Below are positions 1 through 9,319 of a stretch of 64,000 nucleotides of DNA, in pieces; the first letter of the stretch is position 1; every line of letters begins with the position of its first letter. The DNA comes from Clostridia bacterium (lineage in GTDB: Bacteria; CBDUZB01; JAGLHV01): contig DAOVVV010000010.1 in assembly GCA_030637025.1 (NCBI GenBank), positions 2,257 to 66,256 on the forward strand, in the 5' to 3' direction. The notes beneath the pieces were generated by a model. The model was given only the letters and a program-made list of their open reading frames with translations. It searched no databases and was not told the DNA's origin. Position numbers and translations under genes: made by a program.

Positions 1-1356
1 AGTCTGGAAACGGCTAATATTCTTTTTAATCAGCGGGAATACGAAAAAGCAATTACTTATTATGATACTTTTGTATCAAAATATCCTGATAATGTTAATG
101 TAAGCCAGGCCTTTTATCAACAGGGAGTGGCTTTGTACCGGTTGGAATTTTATGAAGAGGCGGTAGGAAAATGGAAAAAGATAGCCGGTAGATATCCGGA
201 AAGTGAATTTGCTCCTAAAGCCTTATTTCAAATAGGAAAGACTTATTTTGGAATGTGGAAATATAAAGAAGCAATACAAGCTTATCAGATTTTAGTAGAT
301 GCGTATACTTCTTCGGATTTGGTAAAAGAGAGTTTTTTACAGTTGGGACAGTGTTATTACAATGCAGGAAATATTAATGAGGCGGTTACGCTTTATAAGA
401 ATTTTATGAATTTGTTTCCTCAAGATGAAAAGATACCTTATGTTTTAGAACAATTACAAACTTGTTATTATCGGCAGGGTAAGAAAGGTAAAGAGTTAGG
501 TAAATTACTTAAAGAATTTCCCAAAAGTAAATTTGCAGTGGATTCTTATTGGGAAATGGGGGCAGAGGCTTTTAATAAAAAGAAATACACGATAGCAAAA
601 GAATATTTTAATAAAATTATTATTGATTTTCCGGAAACAGAAACCGCTAAAAAAGCAATGTTTTATTTATGTGAAATAAGTTTTCTGGAAGAAAAATATG
701 AAATTGCAATAAAATCTTATGAAAATTTTATTCAGAATTTTTCCGAAGACGATCTTTCTTTGCAAGTGAGGTTTCGTTTAGCAGTGTCGGCTTTTAAGGG
801 TAAGAATTATCTTCAGGCAGCTACTTATTTTATGAATTTTCTGGAAAAGTATCCTCTGGATCCTCTTGCTAAAGATGCACGCTTAAATATTCCTCTGTGT
901 TATAAAAAATCCCGTAGATTTAATGAGGCTATTGAGGGCTACAAAAGTTTTATCCAACATTATCCCGAGGATGCTTCCGTTGGTTTTTGTTATTTACAGG
1001 TGGGTGCTTTAAACGAAGAGTTAAGGAATTTTAAGCAGGCAATTGAATTTTATCAAAAAATACCGGAGCAGTTAAAAGAAAAATCCGAGGCAATATTTTA
1101 TACGGGTAGATGTTACGAAGAATTACAGCTTGCCGAAAAAGTGAAAGAGACTTATAAGCAATTTCTTAAGTTTAGGCCGGCAGCTGATAAATTCCGTCTG
1201 GCCGGTTTAGCTACCCTGGGTGAAATTTATGAAAAAGGAGGCAATAATAAAGCAGCTATTATCGTTTATCAGGATATTGTCCGGAATAGTCCGGATGCCG
1301 GTTGGAAAAGCACAGCAAGAGAAAAAATTAATTTATTGAAAGGAGGAAAGAAATAA
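1..1356 (+). CDS. TPR-repeat protein, 5'-partial. The listed ORF 127..1356 stays open in the same frame back to nt 1. YbgF/CpoB-like context upstream of the ExbB/ExbD/TonB genes.
   Basis: No stop codon in frame between nt 1 and 127. Repeated 34-aa TPR-like helical units (W/Y..A..Y pattern). Immediately followed by MotA/TolQ/ExbB. Confidence 0.7.
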   Translation, partial: SLETANILFNQREYEKAITYYDTFVSKYPDNVNVSQAFYQQGVALYRLEFYEEAVGKWKKIAGRYPESEFAPKALFQIGKTYFGMWKYKEAIQAYQILVDAYTSSDLVKESFLQLGQCYYNAGNINEAVTLYKNFMNLFPQDEKIPYVLEQLQTCYYRQGKKGKELGKLLKEFPKSKFAVDSYWEMGAEAFNKKKYTIAKEYFNKIIIDFPETETAKKAMFYLCEISFLEEKYEIAIKSYENFIQNFSEDDLSLQVRFRLAVSAFKGKNYLQAATYFMNFLEKYPLDPLAKDARLNIPLCYKKSRRFNEAIEGYKSFIQHYPEDASVGFCYLQVGALNEELRNFKQAIEFYQKIPEQLKEKSEAIFYTGRCYEELQLAEKVKETYKQFLKFRPAADKFRLAGLATLGEIYEKGGNNKAAIIVYQDIVRNSPDAGWKSTAREKINLLKGGKK

Positions 1357-2043
1357 ATGGATTATAGTTTTTTTAATATTATAAAAATCAGTCCTGTAGT
1401 TATGAGTGTTCTTTTATTTTGTTCTATTTTGATGATTACTTATGCCCTGGAGAGGTTTTTTTATTTTTCCCGGGCAGGAAAATTTAAAGAAACTTATTGG
1501 GTTAGGGTGAAAACACTGGTAGAACAGAATAAATTAAATGAAGCAATTATAGCCTCCAGGGAAGAAAAAGGATTGGTTCCCCAGGTTATCAAAGTCTTAC
1601 TGGAACAATCATCGCAGCTGAACCGCTTAGACCTTGAGGATACGGTGACTATTTACAAACAGAGAATCCGCGATCTTCTTTCCCGGAAATTAGGATTGTT
1701 TGGAACAATGAGTTTTATTTCTCCTCTTTTGGGATTGTTGGGAACCGTATTAGGAATTATTCGTGCCTTTCATGATTTAGCTTTGTCCGGTTCAGGAGGT
1801 CCTACTATCGTAGCGGCAGGTATTTCCGAGGCATTGATTACCACTGTAGCCGGGATAGTAGTAGCTATTCCTTCCGCTGTGGTTTATAATATTCTCACTT
1901 ATAAAATACGTGGTAAAATGACTAAAATAGATACTTGTACCCAGGAATTATTGATTCTTCTTTTTAGAAAAAAGAGAACGGCTAAAAAAGCAGAAATGGC
2001 GGCAGCCCGTTCTATAACACATAAAGATGATAGAATTATCTAA
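1357..2043 (+). CDS. exbB: MotA/TolQ/ExbB-family proton channel
   Basis: Three C-terminal TM helices with a conserved MotA_ExbB core (…LLGLLGTVLGIIRAF…GGPTIVAAGISEALITTVAGIVVAIPSAVVYN). ATG sits directly after the upstream stop. Followed by two ExbD genes and TonB. Confidence 0.85.
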   Translation: MDYSFFNIIKISPVVMSVLLFCSILMITYALERFFYFSRAGKFKETYWVRVKTLVEQNKLNEAIIASREEKGLVPQVIKVLLEQSSQLNRLDLEDTVTIYKQRIRDLLSRKLGLFGTMSFISPLLGLLGTVLGIIRAFHDLALSGSGGPTIVAAGISEALITTVAGIVVAIPSAVVYNILTYKIRGKMTKIDTCTQELLILLFRKKRTAKKAEMAAARSITHKDDRII

Positions 2044-2086
2044 AGACGGTTTTAAAAAACAAATTTAGCGGTCAGGAGAAATATAA

Positions 2087-2509
2087 ATGAGAAAAAGGTC
2101 TACGGAAAAAGGATTGTCAAGTGATATTGCGGATATAAATGTTACTCCTATGTGTGATCTTTCTTTAACCCTTTTAATTATTTTGATGGTTATTTCCCCG
2201 ATGATAATGCAGTCAATGATAAAAGTTATTTCTTCCCGGGCCGTAGCCAGTAAAATTGAGCAACTTAAGAAGGAAAAGCCACTCTTTGTTGATATCCGGG
2301 AAAAAGATATATATTTAAATAACAGGAAGGTTCCCTCTGAACTGTATTTCGCTGCTCATTTGTTAGCTGAGTTGTCCAGAAAAGCGGATAAAAAGGTAAT
2401 GGTAACGGTTCACCCGGCTGTTTTACACGGTAAAGTAGTACATATTTTAGATATTATAAAACAAAACGGTGCCAGAAGTATTTCTTTGTTAAAAAGACGG
2501 AAAAGATAA
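2087..2509 (+). CDS. exbD: ExbD/TolR-family biopolymer transport protein
   Basis: Single N-terminal TM (INVTPMCDLSLTLLIILMVISP) and the ExbD periplasmic domain. RBS aggaga upstream. Confidence 0.8.
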   Translation: MRKRSTEKGLSSDIADINVTPMCDLSLTLLIILMVISPMIMQSMIKVISSRAVASKIEQLKKEKPLFVDIREKDIYLNNRKVPSELYFAAHLLAELSRKADKKVMVTVHPAVLHGKVVHILDIIKQNGARSISLLKRRKR

Positions 2510-2521
2510 TAGGAGAAAAAA

Positions 2522-2941
2522 ATGAAAGTTACAAGGTCGGAAGAGGTCCCTATTGGCGGGGTATATATTGCGCCAATAATAAATGTGGCTTTTGTTCTGG
2601 TAATTGTATTGATGATTGTTGCTCCTATTGTTAATATTCCCAGTATCCCGGTAGATTTACCCGAGGCAATAACCAAAGAATCAAAAGAGCAAAATGTTAC
2701 GGTTAGTTATTCAAAGGACGGTAGGTTAGCTATAGACTCCGAAGAGGTATCATGGGATGAATTAGTTCCCGGCGTAAGAAAAAGAATCGGTAAAAGAAGG
2801 AACGTGTATGTTATTGTAAGAGCGGATAAAGATATTCCTTTTGGTAAGGTAGAAAAAATATTTGATATTTTGGTTAAAAAAGTAAGGGCAAGAAGAGTAG
2901 CAGTAGCAACTAAACAAAAAATTAAAAAGTATAAAAAATAG
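2522..2941 (+). CDS. exbD: ExbD/TolR-family protein, second paralog
   Basis: N-terminal TM (YIAPIINVAFVLVIVLMIVAPIV) plus ExbD-like periplasmic domain. RBS aggaga. Confidence 0.8.
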   Translation: MKVTRSEEVPIGGVYIAPIINVAFVLVIVLMIVAPIVNIPSIPVDLPEAITKESKEQNVTVSYSKDGRLAIDSEEVSWDELVPGVRKRIGKRRNVYVIVRADKDIPFGKVEKIFDILVKKVRARRVAVATKQKIKKYKK

Positions 2942-2965
2942 GTTCGTAATGAGGGGTAGTTTCCT

Positions 2966-4255
2966 ATGGTTATAACAATAAAACTAATAAATCCCCGGTT
3001 AACCGATGAAATAATTTGTTGGGTATTAGCGATACTGATGCATTCATTGCTGTTATTCTGGCAGGTAAGTCCTATAGGAGACCGGGAAATACGTAATCCT
3101 ATAATAAGTATAGATTATATAAGCGAAGAAATAGGTCCTCCTTTACCTGCTTATCGTGAGAAAAAAGGGCTTAGTTTAGCCGGTAAGATAAAAAGTTTTT
3201 TTAAGAAAGCAGAACCGCCGAAAAAAGAGGAAAGTGAACTGGCCGGTAAAATAGATACAAGTCTGAAGCCTATAAAAATTACCGAAAAAATTATTAAACC
3301 AAAAGGAAAACTGATAGCTAAAAACGGTTCAATATCTAACTTTAATTTTAAAGGAAAATCTGCTCAACAAGAGCTGGCAATGACTGAGGACCAAATTGCT
3401 TTTGCTACAAAGCATGCTGAAGAAATTACTGAAAAACAAGCAAGGAAATTGGAATCCAGAAGTTATTCTGTAGCTTCCGGGGATCTTCCTTTCCAGGTAA
3501 GTAAAGCAGAAGGAATCTCACAAGGCGGAGGGGATATTGCCCTGATTTCTACCGGTAAAACCAGTAAAAATATTGGAACGACCAAGAAAATGCTTGTTCC
3601 TAAAGTTAAATCGTCCAGGATGCAGGGAAAAACTTTCGGTACGGAAAAAATCGGAGGGGGATTTGGTACGGAAGGATTATCGTCGGACAGTATGGACAGC
3701 CGTTTTACCGGAGGAATTAGTGAAGGTGACCTATCCGGGGGAGACGGAGTCGGGGGTACCGGGGCCCAAACAGGGGGTTCGGGAAGCTCGGGAGGCAAAG
3801 ATGGTGGTGGAAAATACGGCGGAATTTTTAAAACCACCGGTGGAGGTACGGGAGGCGGTGGTTGGTCATCAATTAAAGAAGAAATTGAGGCAGAAGAGGT
3901 ACGTTCTAAAAAGCAGAGTGAAGAGAAAGTAATTCGGCGGACAGCAGCTAAAAAACGGACTTTATTTGAAATAGTCGGTCCCTTAGCCAATCGGGAAATA
4001 CTTGATAAAGTTGTTCCCAAATATCCGGAATGGGCTAAAAGGCAGGGTGTAGATGCGGCGGTTAGCCTGCATTTTGTGGTGCTTTCCAATGGTAAAGTAA
4101 AAAAGAATATTTATGTTCAGCGAACTTCCGGTTATTCCAGGCTGGACCAATTGGTTACCAATGCTTTGAGTCAATGGGTATTTGTTGCCCTGGAGAAGAA
4201 GTTTTACGGTAAAGAACAGTGGGGAGTTATAACTTTCTATTTTAATCTTAAATAA
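2966..4255 (+). CDS. TonB-family energy transducer. Has an N-terminal TM, a K/P-rich and very long Gly-rich linker, and a C-terminal TonB_C domain.
   Basis: C-terminal ~90 aa (…KYPEWAKRQGVDAAVSLHFVVLSNGKV…) fits the TonB C-terminal fold signature. Gly-rich low-complexity segment GGDGVGGTGAQTGGSGSSGGKDGGGKYGG. Operon context with ExbB/ExbD. Confidence 0.7.
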   Translation: MVITIKLINPRLTDEIICWVLAILMHSLLLFWQVSPIGDREIRNPIISIDYISEEIGPPLPAYREKKGLSLAGKIKSFFKKAEPPKKEESELAGKIDTSLKPIKITEKIIKPKGKLIAKNGSISNFNFKGKSAQQELAMTEDQIAFATKHAEEITEKQARKLESRSYSVASGDLPFQVSKAEGISQGGGDIALISTGKTSKNIGTTKKMLVPKVKSSRMQGKTFGTEKIGGGFGTEGLSSDSMDSRFTGGISEGDLSGGDGVGGTGAQTGGSGSSGGKDGGGKYGGIFKTTGGGTGGGGWSSIKEEIEAEEVRSKKQSEEKVIRRTAAKKRTLFEIVGPLANREILDKVVPKYPEWAKRQGVDAAVSLHFVVLSNGKVKKNIYVQRTSGYSRLDQLVTNALSQWVFVALEKKFYGKEQWGVITFYFNLK

Positions 4256-4290
4256 TTTATTTAGTATGTAGTATTTATTCTGTATTTTTA

Positions 4291-4334
4291 TCTATGGACT
4301 ATCGACTGTGGACTATGGACTGTCTTTATTTTTT
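4291..4334. repeat. 44-bp unit tctatggactatcgactgtggactatggactgtctttatttttt, copy 1 of the 'tccatag' family
   Basis: Exact direct repeat of 4414-4457. Reverse-complement copies of the 34-bp core are at 36779, 41667, 41719, 41805 and 52157. Confidence 0.85.
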
Positions 4335-4413
4335 GTTTTGAATTTTGGATTTTGAATTTAGAATTTGTTTAGGATTTCGGATTTAGTATTTAGAATTTAT
4401 TTTTTGTTTGTTG

Positions 4414-4457
4414 TCTATGGACTATCGACTGTGGACTATGGACTGTCTTTATTTTTT
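4414..4457. repeat. 44-bp 'tccatag'-family unit, copy 2
   Basis: Identical to 4291-4334. Confidence 0.85.
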
Positions 4458-4507
4458 TAGTATTTCGAATTTAGTATTTATTTTAGATTTTTGTAAAATA
4501 CAATATT

Positions 4508-4582
4508 CTGTCATTCCGCACTCGATGCGGAATCTATAATGTTTTTAAATATCAATAGATTCCTGCTTCCGCAGGAATGACA
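4508..4582. repeat. Composite REP-like element: two opposed hairpins (gtcattccgcactcgatgcggaatc … gattcctgcttccgcaggaatgaca) bounded by inverted tgtcattcc/ggaatgaca termini
   Basis: About 90% identical to 47755-47829. Each arm is a perfect 8-9 bp stem-loop. Confidence 0.85.
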
Positions 4583-4597
4583 AACCGGAGGATATAA

Positions 4598-5509
4598 ATG
4601 ATAAAAAGTAAGTTTTTGGGAATGGTAGTTGTTGTCTTTATAATTTTAAATTTATCTGTTTTGTTAGCTCAGGATTCTAATGAAAAAGCTTCAGATAGTG
4701 AAATGTCCGATATTATTATTAAAGGAGAAGCTAAGGATAAGATAGAGATAAAAAAAGAACCGGCTAAAATTGATGTAAAAATAGAAGAATTATTAGATTC
4801 TTCAACTGAAAAAACAGAAGAATTATTACAGAATGATATTGTTGTTCCCAGCAAGAGTGATTTCGCTCAATTTAATCTTTTAACCGGTGACCAGGTATTC
4901 AGGCCGTATTTGCCCGATATTCTTACTCCCCCGTTGGTTTCTTTTTATCCTCGTTTATCACAAGGAAGAATAAAAGCATGGCGGCTTGTGGTGACTGATG
5001 AAGAAGGTAGTTTAGTCAGAATTATGAAAGGAAAGGGGCTTCCCCGGAAAGTTATTCTCTGGGACGGTAAAGATAAAAGCGGAAAGATGATAGAGGTAGA
5101 TGTAATCTATTCTTTTAAGTTTATAACGGTTGATTTGGATAGCAGGGAACATACTACCCTGGGAAAATCTTTTCAGGTAGATTCTTTAATGTATGAAGAA
5201 AAAGGAAAACTGTTCATTAAAATTGCGAATAAGGCTTTATATACCAAAAGAAAAGCAGTCTTTTCAAAAACAGGAAAACAACTATTGGATAAAACAATCG
5301 ATGTATTACGTCAATATTCCCGGCATCCTTTTAGTATAGAAACATTATACAAAGGGGGGAAACAAGAATATGAATTAGCCCATGAAAGAACGCAGGAATT
5401 AGTGGATTATATAACGGATGAAATGATTATAGTTTTAAAAGATATGAGATTTAAAGTAAAAAAGGAAGAAGAAAAAAAGATAACTATTTTTACTGTTCAT
5501 TTAAAATAA
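4598..5509 (+). CDS. Secreted protein with an OmpA/MotB-like C-terminal peptidoglycan-binding-type domain
   Basis: Signal peptide (MIKSKFLGMVVVVFIILNLSVLLAQD). C-terminal motif …EYELAHERTQELVDYI… matches the OmpA-like L-x-x-RA-x-x-V-x-x-Y-L signature. Confidence 0.5.
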   Translation: MIKSKFLGMVVVVFIILNLSVLLAQDSNEKASDSEMSDIIIKGEAKDKIEIKKEPAKIDVKIEELLDSSTEKTEELLQNDIVVPSKSDFAQFNLLTGDQVFRPYLPDILTPPLVSFYPRLSQGRIKAWRLVVTDEEGSLVRIMKGKGLPRKVILWDGKDKSGKMIEVDVIYSFKFITVDLDSREHTTLGKSFQVDSLMYEEKGKLFIKIANKALYTKRKAVFSKTGKQLLDKTIDVLRQYSRHPFSIETLYKGGKQEYELAHERTQELVDYITDEMIIVLKDMRFKVKKEEEKKITIFTVHLK

Positions 5510-5668
5510 TTAATTTACTAAATCTCTTTCCCCTTTGTCCAAATTTGTCAACCGTCGTTATTATCCCCCTTCATAATTTTATCTTTTAATCAATCCAACC
5601 AATCTAATTGCTGTTAAACTGCTACATCATTCCCGCGAACAAACTATGTCACAATTCCCTTTTTAAAA

Positions 5669-5700
5669 CAATTGTAGGGGCGACATTTATGACGCCCGTT
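5669..5700. repeat. Family C hairpin repeat caattgtaggggcgacatttatgacgcccgt
   Basis: Second copy at 10029-10062. Stem ggcgacat/atgacgcc. Confidence 0.8.
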
Positions 5701-5730
5701 GAAAGCGACAGGAATAGACTCCTGCTTTCC

Positions 5731-5850
5731 AGACTGTGTCATAACTCATATTTTCATGTGGTAGCCGCAGGCTTTAGCCTGCGTTATCGTCGGAGCTTTT
5801 CCGCAGGCTAAAGCCTGCGACTACCAAAAAAGGGATTATGACACAGTCTG
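5731..5850. repeat. Nested palindrome: outer IR agactgtgtcataa/ttatgacacagtct enclosing a 23-bp-stem hairpin gtagccgcaggctttagcctgcg…cgcaggctaaagcctgcgactac
   Basis: Read directly. Each arm also contains the internal palindrome gcaggc-ttta-gcctgc (cruciform-capable). Confidence 0.8.
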
Positions 5851-6068
5851 TTCGCAGGAGTGACATTGATTTATTATTGTTGTCGTTCCCAATGTTGTTT
5901 CCCGCCTTTGAAAAAAGTGTAAACGATGTCCCCGGTTTAAAATGTAAACCATGTTTGTGTTGCACATTTGTTAGATACCCCACAGCAAGTTAATTTAAAT
6001 TTTGCCATGTAAAAAATCTTATCTCTTTATGTGTGTTTTTTTCATCCCCGGAAATTTATTATTTTTTT

Positions 6069-6097
6069 CTTGACAATATTTATCTGTTAAAGTATTA
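6069..6097 (+). promoter_or_regulatory. Canonical sigma70-type promoter (TTGACA-N17-TATTAT) upstream of 6156
   Basis: ttgaca 6069-6074, 17-nt spacer, tattat 6092-6097. Confidence 0.55.
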
Positions 6098-6155
6098 TTT
6101 AAATTAAGTAAAGCGACATTAAAACGATAGGGTTTAAGAAAAAGCAGGTAATTAT

Positions 6156-6977
6156 ATGAGATTAAAACGATTTTTTCTTTTTTTGTTGATTTTTATCAGT
6201 TATATATTTATGTATTACCTTTTTTCTTCGGAAAGATTGTCACCTATAAAAGGTAAAGATACGGAATTTTTTACCCGGTCGGAATTTGTTCATCTCTTAT
6301 GCAGGGTGAAAAAATTTGAATTATATTTGCCTGAGGAGTCCAATCTTGTTTCATCCGGAGAAATTTATAAAGCAGAAATAAGTTTTTTAGCCACTAAAGG
6401 CATTTCTGTTTTTTTAAATACCGATGGAAAGGTTAATTTAACCAGAGGAGAATTGGCAGAGACTTTATACTCATTAGTTGATGTTGAGCTTAAAGAAATA
6501 AGCACGGCGAAAAAAATATCTTTTTTAGCTAAAAAAGATATTATCGAAAAAGGAAAAATTAATAAGCCGGTTACTAAAAAAGAAATAATGGAGGCTCTTA
6601 ACACTTCTTATTTAGCGGATATGACTGCTGAAACATATATTTCACCAGATAGTTTTTCCAGCTCTAAAGTCATTAGTAATATAGGTACTTATCCTAATCC
6701 GGTCGATGTTAAAAGAGGTAATACGACTCTTACTTATAAACTTGATCAAAATGTGCCGGTGAGTATTACTATTTATGATTTGATGGGCTACGAAATAAAA
6801 CATTTTGAATTTAAACCGGGTGAGCAGGGTGGAAAGAAAGGGACAAATGAAATTCTCTGGGATTGTACGGATGGTTGGGGACAACCGGTAATGAAGGGCG
6901 GATATATATGCCGAATTGTAGTTCATTCCTTTAAAGGGAAAAAAGTAGTGATAAGAAAAATAGGCGTTATTCCCTGA
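6156..6977 (+). CDS. Secreted protein with an SLH-like N-terminal domain and a C-terminal FlgD-Ig/T9SS-type sorting-like domain
   Basis: N-terminal hydrophobic segment. The N-domain is paralogous to ORF 7150..7698. C-terminal ~80 aa (TYPNPVDVKRGNTTLTYKLDQNVPVSITIYDLMGYEI…) resembles a YPNP-x…IYD-x-x-G C-terminal sorting/Ig-like domain. Canonical sigma70 promoter upstream. Confidence 0.5.
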   Translation: MRLKRFFLFLLIFISYIFMYYLFSSERLSPIKGKDTEFFTRSEFVHLLCRVKKFELYLPEESNLVSSGEIYKAEISFLATKGISVFLNTDGKVNLTRGELAETLYSLVDVELKEISTAKKISFLAKKDIIEKGKINKPVTKKEIMEALNTSYLADMTAETYISPDSFSSSKVISNIGTYPNPVDVKRGNTTLTYKLDQNVPVSITIYDLMGYEIKHFEFKPGEQGGKKGTNEILWDCTDGWGQPVMKGGYICRIVVHSFKGKKVVIRKIGVIP

Positions 6978-7032
6978 TAAATATTAATTATTGCTAAAGA
7001 AAATTACAGTAAAACTAAAATAAATAAAAATC

Positions 7033-7061
7033 TTGACAGCTTTATTGAAATGTATTAGAAT
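7033..7061 (+). promoter_or_regulatory. Canonical sigma70-type promoter (TTGACA-N17-TAGAAT) upstream of 7150
   Basis: ttgaca 7033-7038, 17-nt spacer, tagaat 7056-7061. Confidence 0.55.
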
Positions 7062-7149
7062 ATATAAATGTTATTCTCTGAAAGAGTATTTTTTTGTTAA
7101 AAATATTATTCTAATATCTTAAAATTAAAAGAAGAGAAAGGAGTAAAAA

Positions 7150-7698
7150 ATGAAAAGTTTTAAAAAAGCAGTTGTTATTTTATTTGCAATGGTTATTTTA
7201 TTTACTGTTAGTGTTAATATTCCGGCAAGGAGTGCGCGTTATATGACCAATGCTAAATTTATAGACATGGTTATTCGCATAATGGATTTAGAAGAAAAGT
7301 TACCTGCGGATGCAGATTTAATGTCGGTAAGAGAATTGTATAAAGTGGAAATGGAAATTTTGGCTCGAAAAGGAATTTATATTTTTGTAGGTACTGACCC
7401 TGGTAAAATGGTAAGAAGAAGAAATGTAGTAAATTTTTTGTATTTTGCCCTGGTGCAAAATCCTCCCCCTAATATTACCGACGAAAGGAAATTTGTTTTT
7501 TTAATTAAAAGAGGATTTTTAAGTACCGGAGATCTGGATGGAATAATGTTAGAGAAAGAAATTATTAAAGCCCTTAATATTCCCAAAATAGTCACGGCTA
7601 TAACAGAAACTTATATTGCTCCGGGTTCGGCAGAGGGAATAAAGGAAATTGAAGTTACTCTTGAAGTATATGAAGAACCGGCAAGTCCGATATATTAA
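7150..7698 (+). CDS. Secreted hypothetical protein, paralog of the 6156..6977 N-terminal domain
   Basis: Signal peptide (MKSFKKAVVILFAMVILFTVSVNIPA). Alignable segment EF/KF-x-x-x-x-R…LP…YK-x-E-x-x-LA-x-KGI shared with the upstream paralog. Canonical sigma70 promoter upstream. Confidence 0.55.
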   Translation: MKSFKKAVVILFAMVILFTVSVNIPARSARYMTNAKFIDMVIRIMDLEEKLPADADLMSVRELYKVEMEILARKGIYIFVGTDPGKMVRRRNVVNFLYFALVQNPPPNITDERKFVFLIKRGFLSTGDLDGIMLEKEIIKALNIPKIVTAITETYIAPGSAEGIKEIEVTLEVYEEPASPIY

Positions 7699-7713
7699 TT
7701 AATGGGAGGAAGG

Positions 7714-8919
7714 ATGTTTAAAAAAATTTTAGGTAGAAAAGGGACTTTGGTTTTAATAACCCTGTTGTCTTTTTTATTAAACAGTGGAAGTCTTTATGCC
7801 CGTAAACTTTATGTTCGCAAGGTAAGAGGGATAAAATTGGGTGATTTTATACTGCATCCGGGGTTAACAATAGAAGGAATGCATGATGACAATGTTTTTC
7901 TTACTTCTTCTAATAAAAAAGATGATTTTCTTACTACCTTTACTCCATCTTTAAGTCTGGAAATACCTTTTAGGAACTATCATTTTGAAATGGATTATTC
8001 TCTGAATATTTTAAAATATTCCGAATACCCCAGTCAGGATGCGGACAATCATATTTTAAAAGGAGCATTGGATTTAAGTTTTAGAGATTTTGAAATAAAT
8101 ATAAAAAACGATTTTAAAGATACTTTTGACCGGGCCGATACGGAATTTATGGATAGGGTCAGGTATTCTCAAAATGATTTAAAAGGAGAGATTTCTTTTT
8201 CCTTTCCCCGGCTGGAAACAGTTTTTAAGATTCAAAATATACGCCATAATCATTATAAGAAAATATGGTCCGCCGAGGATAGAACCGAAAATATTTATAC
8301 TTTCCGTATGAACTACCGTTTTCTTCCCAAAACAGCTTTTTTAATGGAGTATAACCATGGTGAGATCAGGTACGATACTGCTTTGATTAATCCTGAATCG
8401 GATTACAGAGAAGGAATGGTGGGGGTAGTAGGAAAGTTAACCAGTAAGTGTGAAAGTACTATAAAAGTGGGGTATCAAAATCGTAAATATAAAGATATTT
8501 TAGATCCACCTGATTTTGATACTATAGTCACTGATATTAATATAAAAGAACGGTTTAATAGTAGAAATACACTTAACTTAAGTTTCTTACGTAAAGCAAT
8601 GGAATCTACTTTTACTCCTAATGCCTATTATCAGATGAATAAGGTCTGGTTGAAATACGAGTATAAGTTAAATAGAAAATTATTTTCTGAGGTAGTAGGT
8701 TCTTATCAGTTAAATCAATATCCCGAAGAAACTACGATAGGTACCCTGACAGAGGAAAGAGAGGATGTTCTAACTAGTGCCGGTATAAACCTGAAATATA
8801 AACTTTTAAGGTGGCTCTTTTTAAATATAGGTTATCAGCATGAGGAAAGAGATTCTAATTTTGATATTTTCAATTATAGAGATAATAAAACCAGTCTAAA
8901 TCTGACTGCCCTCTATTAA
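7714..8919 (+). CDS. Putative outer-membrane beta-barrel protein associated with the polysaccharide locus (BBP2-like)
   Basis: Start moved to the ATG at 7714 because of the GGAGG RBS (the track ORF begins at 7702). Signal peptide. Alternating hydrophobic beta-strand pattern. C-terminal …LNLTALY ends in an aromatic residue, typical of OM barrels. Confidence 0.5.
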   Translation: MFKKILGRKGTLVLITLLSFLLNSGSLYARKLYVRKVRGIKLGDFILHPGLTIEGMHDDNVFLTSSNKKDDFLTTFTPSLSLEIPFRNYHFEMDYSLNILKYSEYPSQDADNHILKGALDLSFRDFEINIKNDFKDTFDRADTEFMDRVRYSQNDLKGEISFSFPRLETVFKIQNIRHNHYKKIWSAEDRTENIYTFRMNYRFLPKTAFLMEYNHGEIRYDTALINPESDYREGMVGVVGKLTSKCESTIKVGYQNRKYKDILDPPDFDTIVTDINIKERFNSRNTLNLSFLRKAMESTFTPNAYYQMNKVWLKYEYKLNRKLFSEVVGSYQLNQYPEETTIGTLTEEREDVLTSAGINLKYKLLRWLFLNIGYQHEERDSNFDIFNYRDNKTSLNLTALY

Positions 8920-8997
8920 AAACCATTTGTAATTTTCTATCATTGCAGAATCAATTTTTTATGTGATTATGTAGTTATGTTGTTATGTAGCTATGTT

Positions 8998-9031
8998 GTA
9001 GCCGCAGGCTTTTAGCCTGCGTTATCATCGG
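8998..9031. repeat. gtagccgcaggcttttagcctgcgttatcatcgg repeat (family B)
   Basis: Matches 5761-5793 and 13376-13408. Preceded by a degenerate (atgt[ag]gttatgt) tract. Confidence 0.8.
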
Positions 9032-9090
9032 ATTTAAAATTTCGGATTTATTCTATATGTTTAGTATTTATTCTTTGTCTTTTTTATTTT

Positions 9091-9117
9091 GTCATTCCTG
9101 TGCAAACAGGAATCTAT
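9091..9117. repeat. REP-like hairpin gtcattcctgtgcaaacaggaatctat (family A)
   Basis: 9-bp stem attcctg(t/c)…caggaat. The same sequence is at 10096-10122. Confidence 0.85.
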
Positions 9118-9319
9118 AGTTGTTTTGCTGGAGCAAAGCGAAAGTCTCGCCAGTCAGTAAGGCGGATGGACTATGAACTTTTGTTTGTCTTTATCTATGG
9201 ATTGAATCTGTTTTATGTTTAGTCTTTTATTTTTTAACCAATTTAAACAAATTTAAACCAATGAAACTGTTTTTTAACTGTCTTTATGTTTGTGTCTTTT
9301 CATATTTCAAGGGGGAAAT

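Noticed and set aside
3463-4089. 208-aa minus-strand ORF, Pro-rich
   Set aside because: Antisense to the Gly-rich linker of the TonB gene (GGN codons read as NCC = Pro). It is a low-complexity artefact.
1357-4255. Tol-Pal system (TolQ/TolR/TolA) rather than ExbB/ExbD/TonB
   Set aside because: No Pal or TolB genes follow, there are two ExbD-like genes, and the last gene has a TonB_C-type C-terminus. The TPR protein is also upstream rather than downstream, unlike CpoB in Tol-Pal operons. I cannot fully exclude it without HMMs.
5608-5983. ORFs 5608-5811 (+) and 5774-5983 (-) of 67 and 69 aa
   Set aside because: They lie entirely within the palindromic repeat families B/C. Their translations contain repeat-derived peptides and they have no RBS.
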